IMG/VR virus record: IMGVR_UViG_2541047885_000020
Coordinates: 1 to 11,025 of that record
Length of the DNA: 11,025 nt
Reading direction: 5' to 3' (one strand)
Source of the DNA: a virus
Lineage: Duplodnaviria > Heunggongvirae > Uroviricota > Caudoviricetes
A program made the translations under genes and the position numbers. Position 1 is the first letter of the stretch. Every line of letters begins with the position of its first letter. Shown here one piece after another: positions 6,235 to 11,025 of this stretch. The notes beneath the pieces were generated by a model. That model saw only the letters and a program-made list of their open reading frames with translations. It ran no database searches and had not been told where the DNA came from.

Positions 6235-6534
6235 ATGAACGTTAATCAGCAGAAAAATCTTCAAAAAATCATGCTGGCATTCGACAAGGACTACCGCCTG
6301 TCAGAACAGCTATATGACCGACAAGTTGAACTGATTGAGAGCATCCGACTTCATCAACTGTCCTCAACTTTCGACGTTGTAACAGGCAAAGGCGTTCGTC
6401 AGGAAGTGCTGGAGGCTGCTAAAGACAGCCCTGAGTTCGAAGAACTGATGGATGCCTACCGGCGCGAGGCAATGGCAATTATAGCGCGCTGGGATCTGGC
6501 GGATCAGCTTGATGGACAGAGGGACGCGGCATGA
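6235..6534 (+). CDS. Hypothetical protein (about 100 aa) coupled to the recombination module
   Basis: ATG at 6235 preceded by GGGAGGG; the track ORF starts at 6220 but the ribosome-binding site favours 6235. Its stop overlaps the exonuclease start (ATGA, 6531..6534). No family recognised. Confidence 0.6.
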   Translation: MNVNQQKNLQKIMLAFDKDYRLSEQLYDRQVELIESIRLHQLSSTFDVVTGKGVRQEVLEAAKDSPEFEELMDAYRREAMAIIARWDLADQLDGQRDAA

Positions 6535-7352
6535 AACCGGGAATTTATTTCGACATCAGCAACGAAGACTACCACGCCGGTGACGGCGTGAGTAAGTCGC
6601 AACTGGACATGGTTGCCAAGAATCCGGCGCTTCTTAAATGGGTTCAGGCAGCACCAGAAGACGAAGAGAAAAAGTCTGCACTGGATATGGGAACCGCATT
6701 GCACTGTCTGCTTCTGGAGCCTGGAGAGTTCGACAAACGCTTCATTGTTTCACCGAAATTCGATCGTCGGACGAAACAAGGTAAAGCTGACGAAGAGGCA
6801 TTTCTTCGTGATGTGGCGGATATGGGGATTACGGTACTTGATGCCGAGCAGTGGCGGAAACTGGAGCTGATGCGTGATAGCGCAATGGCTCACCCGGCGG
6901 CACGCTGGATGCTGGAAGCACCTGGTTACTGCGAAGCATCAATGTACTGGAATGATGAAGAGACTGGTGAGTTGTGCCGCATTCGTCCAGACAAATGGCT
7001 GAACGAGCACAACGTGATCGTCGACGTGAAAAAGGTTGCAGATATGGATCGTTTTGCACGCCACATCGAGGAATTCCGCTACCACGTGCAGGACGCAATG
7101 TACCGCGAAGGAGCGATGAGGGTTACTGGTCAGTCGCATGGTTTTTTCTTTCTTGCCGTGAGCGAAAGCATTGATTGTGGTCGGTATCCGGTACGCATGT
7201 TCGCGCTGGATGCGCCGGATGTCGATGCCGGGCACGCTCTGTTCCGCCGGGATCTGAATACCTATCACGAATGCCGCATCAATGATGAATGGGGCGGCGT
7301 GGAAATTATTAAACGCCCTGACTGGGCACGTAAACAGGATATGTACGTATGA
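6531..7352 (+). CDS. RecE-like PD-(D/E)xK exonuclease (exodeoxyribonuclease VIII-like domain), recombination partner of the annealing protein
   Basis: 273-aa ORF with a PD-(D/E)xK-like arrangement (...CRIRPDKW...IVDVKKV...YHVQDAMY...) and an N-terminal GIYFDISNEDYHAGDGVSKSQL motif resembling the RecE C-terminal nuclease/DUF3799 family. ATGA-coupled to the downstream annealing protein gene. Confidence 0.6.
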   Translation: MKPGIYFDISNEDYHAGDGVSKSQLDMVAKNPALLKWVQAAPEDEEKKSALDMGTALHCLLLEPGEFDKRFIVSPKFDRRTKQGKADEEAFLRDVADMGITVLDAEQWRKLELMRDSAMAHPAARWMLEAPGYCEASMYWNDEETGELCRIRPDKWLNEHNVIVDVKKVADMDRFARHIEEFRYHVQDAMYREGAMRVTGQSHGFFFLAVSESIDCGRYPVRMFALDAPDVDAGHALFRRDLNTYHECRINDEWGGVEIIKRPDWARKQDMYV

Positions 7353-8230
7353 GCAATGATATCGCAATCACATCACAACCAGGCGCAACTGTAGGTACTG
7401 CTGCGGCAATCTTCAGCCCGGAGGGCATGAATCAACTGGTGCGTTTCGCGGAGTTGATGTCACAAAGCAAAGCGACTGTACCGAAACATCTTGAAGGCAA
7501 ACCTGCCGATTGTCTGGCGGTGACCATGCAGGCGGCACAGTGGGGAATGAACCCTTTCGCCGTGGCGCAGAAAACGCATGTGGTAAACGGAACGTTAGGC
7601 TACGAAGCACAGTTGGTAAACGCGGTCGTATCCTCTTCCAGCCTGCTGGCGACACGCCTGAATTATCGCTGGAGCGGTGACTGGTCGAATGTTAACGGCA
7701 AAACAGATAAATCACCGAATCTGACGGTAACTGTGTCAGCAGTTCTTAAAGGAGAAGCAGAACCCCGTGAGCTTACCATCAGTATGGCGCAAGCCGGAGT
7801 GCGTAACTCTCCATTGTGGGAACAGGATCCGCGCCAGCAGCTTGCCTATCTTTGCACGAAACGATGGGCTCGCCTGCACGCTCCTGATGTGCTTCTCGGT
7901 GTTTACACCCCTGACGAATTACAGGAAACGGCACCGCGCGTTGAGCGAGACATTACTCCGCAAACAACTACTGCTGCGGGAATGAACAGTCTGATCAACG
8001 CTAAACCAGTGAAAAAGCCTGATGAGCAAACTCGTAAAGCGGATAGCCGTGATCCAGAAGAAATGCTGATGGCCTTTACCAGCGCAGCGATGAATTACAG
8101 CACTGTCTCCGAACTGGATAAGGCTTACAAATACATTGCACAAAAACTTTCAGATGATGACGAACTGCTGGCAAAAGCCACCGACGTTTACAGCGTTCGT
8201 CGGGAAGAATTAAACGAAACATCTATGTAA
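7349..8230 (+). CDS. RecT/Redbeta (Bet)-family single-strand annealing protein
   Basis: 293-aa ORF. From memory of lambda Bet it shares the core A-D-x-x-A-x-x-x-x-A-x-Q-x-G-[LM]-N-P-[WF] (ADCLAVTMQAAQWGMNPF here vs SDAQFIALLIVANQYGLNPW in Bet) and a downstream ERDITP motif. Sits directly after the exonuclease, as in recE-recT modules. Confidence 0.7.
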   Translation: MSNDIAITSQPGATVGTAAAIFSPEGMNQLVRFAELMSQSKATVPKHLEGKPADCLAVTMQAAQWGMNPFAVAQKTHVVNGTLGYEAQLVNAVVSSSSLLATRLNYRWSGDWSNVNGKTDKSPNLTVTVSAVLKGEAEPRELTISMAQAGVRNSPLWEQDPRQQLAYLCTKRWARLHAPDVLLGVYTPDELQETAPRVERDITPQTTTAAGMNSLINAKPVKKPDEQTRKADSRDPEEMLMAFTSAAMNYSTVSELDKAYKYIAQKLSDDDELLAKATDVYSVRREELNETSM

Positions 8231-8279
8231 CCACCACCGCGGCGCCACACGCGCCGCACTGCAACCAAGAGAGGTATTT

Positions 8280-8528
8280 ATGAAAGGTGCATTAGATAAG
8301 AAGAAACTCCTGGCGGTGGTGCCACTGTCATGGAGCACTATCGACCGTATGGAGCGCGCAGGGGAATTTCCTAAACGCTGGTATATCACTGACAAACGCT
8401 GCGCATGGAACCGTGACGAAGTTGAGCGTTGGCTTGATGAACGTCAGGCAGCAAGCCCGGCAGAGTTCCAGGGTAAAAAGCCTCCTGTTCAGCAACGTGT
8501 ATATCGTCCTGTGAGAAACGCTGCATGA
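8280..8528 (+). CDS. AlpA-family excisionase / DNA-binding regulator (Xis-like)
   Basis: 82-aa ORF; ATG at 8280 preceded by AGAGAGG with 6-nt spacing. Motif (LLAVVPLSWSTIDRMERAGEFPKRWYITDKRCAWNRDEVERWL) matches the AlpA/phage excisionase winged-helix family that typically accompanies P4-type integrases. Confidence 0.75.
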   Translation: MKGALDKKKLLAVVPLSWSTIDRMERAGEFPKRWYITDKRCAWNRDEVERWLDERQAASPAEFQGKKPPVQQRVYRPVRNAA

Positions 8529-8637
8529 GTGTGCTGCTAAGGCACTGGAGCAAATGGTCAGGATGGTACTTATTCCTGGCCTCTGTTTCAGCATGGCTTT
8601 ATCTGCTGGCATTAATTTTCAGAGAGGGTTGGATTAA

Positions 8638-8937
8638 GTGAGAAAGTTAAGCCGACTTGAAAAATATCACATGAATAAGGTTTCAATGCGCAGTCCGTCA
8701 AAGATTGTCGCCGTTACTCCTGCGGCGATAGAGATCGAAAAACGCGCGATTGAAAGAGAGAAAAAAGGGCAATTCCGCATTGCCGCTCACCTTTGGCTTC
8801 AGTGTATGGATGTTGCTTCTGGTGATGTTGAACGTGCAAGGATCGCGGTTCGCAGGGACCAATGTATCACAAAAGGTAACGGCCTTCGCCGTGGCGACTA
8901 TAGCGGCATAGGATGTTGTGGGGTGGTTTATGACTAA
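8638..8937 (+). CDS. PerC/ANR-family-like small transcriptional regulator (putative)
   Basis: ORF with a GTG start at 8638 (AGAGAGGG 9 nt upstream); ATG starts at 8671 or 8686 are possible alternatives. Motif EKKGQFRIAAHLWLQCMDVASGDVERARIAVRRDQC resembles the PerC-family pattern (G-x-[FYW]-R-x-A-A-x-x-W ... ER ... RR..C). The stop overlaps the methyltransferase start. Confidence 0.5.
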   Translation: MRKLSRLEKYHMNKVSMRSPSKIVAVTPAAIEIEKRAIEREKKGQFRIAAHLWLQCMDVASGDVERARIAVRRDQCITKGNGLRRGDYSGIGCCGVVYD

Positions 8938-9580
8938 GAAATACACACTAATCTATGCAGATCCACCCTGGGTATACCGGGACAAAGCCGCAGATGGTAA
9001 TCGCGGTGCCGGTTTTAAATATCCGGTTATGAGTGTGCTGGATATCTGCCGCCTTCCTGTGTGGGATTTGGCCGATGAAAACTGTTTGTTGGCCATGTGG
9101 TGGGTGCCAACACAACCACTCGAAGCACTAAAAGTTGTTGAAGCCTGGGGATTCCGTCTGATGACCATGAAGGGCTTCACGTGGATAAAATGTGGTAGTC
9201 GACAACCAGATAAACTGGTTATGGGTATGGGACACATGACTCGCGCCAATAGTGAAGATTGCCTGTTTGCGGTAAAGGGAAAACTACCTACGCGCATTAA
9301 TGCAGGGATCGTTCAGTCATTTACCGCACCGCGGCTTGAGCATTCAAGAAAGCCAGATGTCGTTCGTGAAAAACTTGTGCAATTGTTAGGCGATGTTTCT
9401 CGCATTGAACTGTTCGCCCGCCAGTCGTCTCATGGTTTCGATGTTTGGGGTAATCAGTGCGAAGACCCGGCAGTGCAACTACACCCTGGATACGCGTTGG
9501 ATATTGCCAGATTAACAAATGCATTCAGCAATGCTCCGCTGTCACCAACAGACAACCAGGGGCGGGAGCGTGCTGCATGA
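8930..9580 (+). CDS. MT-A70-family DNA N6-adenine methyltransferase (orphan, phage-encoded)
   Basis: Catalytic DPPW motif near the N-terminus (MTKKYTLIYADPPWVY...), typical of MT-A70 methyltransferases. ATG 8930 preferred over the track start at GTG 8918; GGGTGG lies immediately upstream. No cognate restriction endonuclease gene nearby. Confidence 0.8.
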   Translation: MTKKYTLIYADPPWVYRDKAADGNRGAGFKYPVMSVLDICRLPVWDLADENCLLAMWWVPTQPLEALKVVEAWGFRLMTMKGFTWIKCGSRQPDKLVMGMGHMTRANSEDCLFAVKGKLPTRINAGIVQSFTAPRLEHSRKPDVVREKLVQLLGDVSRIELFARQSSHGFDVWGNQCEDPAVQLHPGYALDIARLTNAFSNAPLSPTDNQGRERAA

Positions 9581-9771
9581 ACAGGGCATCACCAGCAGAT
9601 TTAAGAAAATGCCTTGAAACTGCAAACATGCTTGCACACAGCGGGATCAGGTTTGTTCCAATTCCCGCTGTCACTGATGCTGAATTTGCAACACTGTCAG
9701 CAATATTCGAAAACAAAATTGAATCACTGGCAGCAGAAGCAGAGATGGAAGAAAATCAGCAGAACTATTAA
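9577..9771 (+). CDS. Small hypothetical protein (64 aa), last gene of the early-left operon
   Basis: ATG 9577 overlaps the methyltransferase stop (ATGA). The track ORF from 9457 is extended upstream in a frame overlapping the methyltransferase, so the short form is preferred. Ends 3 nt before the convergent integrase stop. No family recognised. Confidence 0.5.
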   Translation: MNRASPADLRKCLETANMLAHSGIRFVPIPAVTDAEFATLSAIFENKIESLAAEAEMEENQQNY

Positions 9772-9774
9772 ACG

Positions 9775-11025
9775 TTATTCCCCCGCCATCCACTTCTCAA
9801 ACTTCGACGGGGAGAACGGAATCAGATCCGTATGCTCCCCGTCAATCCAGGAATCAATCATATCGGCCCACTGCTGCAACATGTAGGCGCGCTGTCTGGC
9901 GTATTCCGCTTTGTTATATACGGCGCGCACACCTTTCTGCTCATGTGCCAGAGCCTTTTCAATCCAGTCTGAAGGATAACCAGCCTCATGCAACAACGTA
10001 CTGGCTGTACGGCGCATATCATGTACGGTGAAGTCCTGAATATGCTCACCATCTTCATTTATTATTTTCACCGTTCTGTCGATCAGAGAGTTCAGCGCGG
10101 CATTAGATAATGGCTTCCGGAAGTTGTAACGACCAGGAACCAGATATTCACTTCCACCAGCGCACATCTGCAACCCGACCAATATATCCTGTGCCTGTTT
10201 AGGCAGGTAAATAACATGCGCCCGGCTTCCCTTCATGCGGTCTGAAGGAATTGTCCATGTCCATTTTTTAAAATCTATTTCGTCCCACGTTGCATTGGTG
10301 AATTCGCCTTTACGAACCATAGTGATAAGCACCAGCTTTAAAGCCATTTTCATAGTGCCCATAGCACCAATGGCATCCAGCGTGCGGAAGAACAGGCCAA
10401 TTTCTTCTGGTGTCAGTGTTCGCTCTCGTGGTTTAAATATGGCGATAGACGAAGGTTTAATGTCAGCCGCAGGATTAAACAAACCATGACCACGGTCATT
10501 GGCGTGACGGTATACGCTGCTGATGATCTCCCTGGCCTGCACTGCTGTTGCCCGACCACCGCGTTCGACAATCCGGTCACACAAATCACGAACCATCGAT
10601 GTGGTAATTTCAGTCATCATTTTGTTGCCAAGAACCGGAAGTATGTCACGGTCGATCACCGCCTGCTTCATTGCGCGGGTACTGTCAGCCAGGATGACAT
10701 GTTTCATATAACTGTCGGTATGTACCGCAAACGTCTCGGCACCACGAATCTTTTTGATACCGTCACGTTTAGCCGCAGCCGGTGACTGGCCTGCTTTAAG
10801 CAGCTTCTTTGCAGCAATCAGTTCTTCTCGCGCTTCTGCCAGGCTGATACCGTCACGCCCATACTGCCCGATTACCAGTGTTTCGCGGCGACCGTTGATA
10901 CGGTAGTCATAGCGAAACGAGACCGTGCCTGACGTAAGCACAGCTACATACAGCCCGTCACGATCGGAGACCTTGTACAGTTTGTCCTGCGGCTTGAGGT
11001 TTTTTAATTTTGTATCGGTAAGCAC
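9775..11025 (-). CDS. int: Tyrosine site-specific integrase, P4/IntS-like; N-terminus at the window edge (possibly GTG start or 5'-truncated by the window)
   Basis: 416-aa ORF with the LTDTKLKNLKPQDKLYKVSDRDGLYVAVL N-terminal arm-binding motif typical of P4-type integrases and a C-terminal catalytic region (R...HDMRRT...LAHE...VRAVYNKAEY) with the conserved H-x-x-R and terminal Tyr. The first codon is GTG at 11023..11025, exactly at the window end. Confidence 0.9.
   Translation of the reverse strand: MLTDTKLKNLKPQDKLYKVSDRDGLYVAVLTSGTVSFRYDYRINGRRETLVIGQYGRDGISLAEAREELIAAKKLLKAGQSPAAAKRDGIKKIRGAETFAVHTDSYMKHVILADSTRAMKQAVIDRDILPVLGNKMMTEITTSMVRDLCDRIVERGGRATAVQAREIISSVYRHANDRGHGLFNPAADIKPSSIAIFKPRERTLTPEEIGLFFRTLDAIGAMGTMKMALKLVLITMVRKGEFTNATWDEIDFKKWTWTIPSDRMKGSRAHVIYLPKQAQDILVGLQMCAGGSEYLVPGRYNFRKPLSNAALNSLIDRTVKIINEDGEHIQDFTVHDMRRTASTLLHEAGYPSDWIEKALAHEQKGVRAVYNKAEYARQRAYMLQQWADMIDSWIDGEHTDLIPFSPSKFEKWMAGE

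Noticed and set aside
6046-6264. Minus-strand 72-aa ORF overlapping the PL-like promoter and the small + strand ORF
   Set aside because: It is antisense to a promoter/operator and to a better-supported ORF, and I saw no promoter or ribosome-binding site for it.
6613-8612. Alternative-frame ORFs across the recombination and excisionase genes (6613..6870 +, 6829..7098 -, 6939..7367 -, 7413..7655 -, 7767..7985 +, 7919..8143 -, 8210..8395 -, 8328..8612 -)
   Set aside because: They overlap genes with recognisable family motifs and translational coupling; most likely frame shadows.
9858-10785. Internal ORFs within the integrase gene (9858..10058 -, 10235..10489 +, 10486..10785 +, 10523..10711 +)
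   Set aside because: They are embedded in, or antisense to, a clearly recognisable integrase reading frame.
1-11025. tRNA gene, attachment-site core or transposase within the window
   Set aside because: No cloverleaf-compatible segment or transposase-like ORF was seen; the integrase points to an att site beyond the right edge, which cannot be assessed here.

Overview
This window reads as the early/immunity region of a lambdoid prophage from an enterobacterial host, ending at a P4/IntS-type tyrosine integrase on the right edge. All calls come from reading the sequence and the supplied ORF translations; no database search was run. Right to left: integrase (-); a rightward early-left operon (+) with a small ORF, an unknown protein, a RecE-like exonuclease, a RecT/Bet-like annealing protein, an AlpA-type excisionase, a PerC-like regulator, an MT-A70 adenine methyltransferase and a small unknown protein; a two-HTH immunity repressor (+) followed by an intrinsic terminator; then a divergent leftward operon (-) with a Cro-like protein, a tR1-like terminator, a small Cys/His-rich protein at the cII position, and lambda O-like and P-like replication genes with palindromic iterons inside the O gene. 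After a weak terminator, a second leftward cluster (-) of accessory genes follows (DUF1064-like, Ea22-like, DUF551 and unknowns). The most notable observation is a 15-bp palindrome, TTACC-N5-GGTAA, present as five perfect copies plus degenerate ones, which defines three operator/promoter modules; the third, in front of the accessory cluster, looks like a copy of the PL module. No tRNA, rRNA, CRISPR array or transposase was seen. I did not find a complete, clearly novel multi-gene system; the findings are regulatory architecture and several unassigned small proteins.
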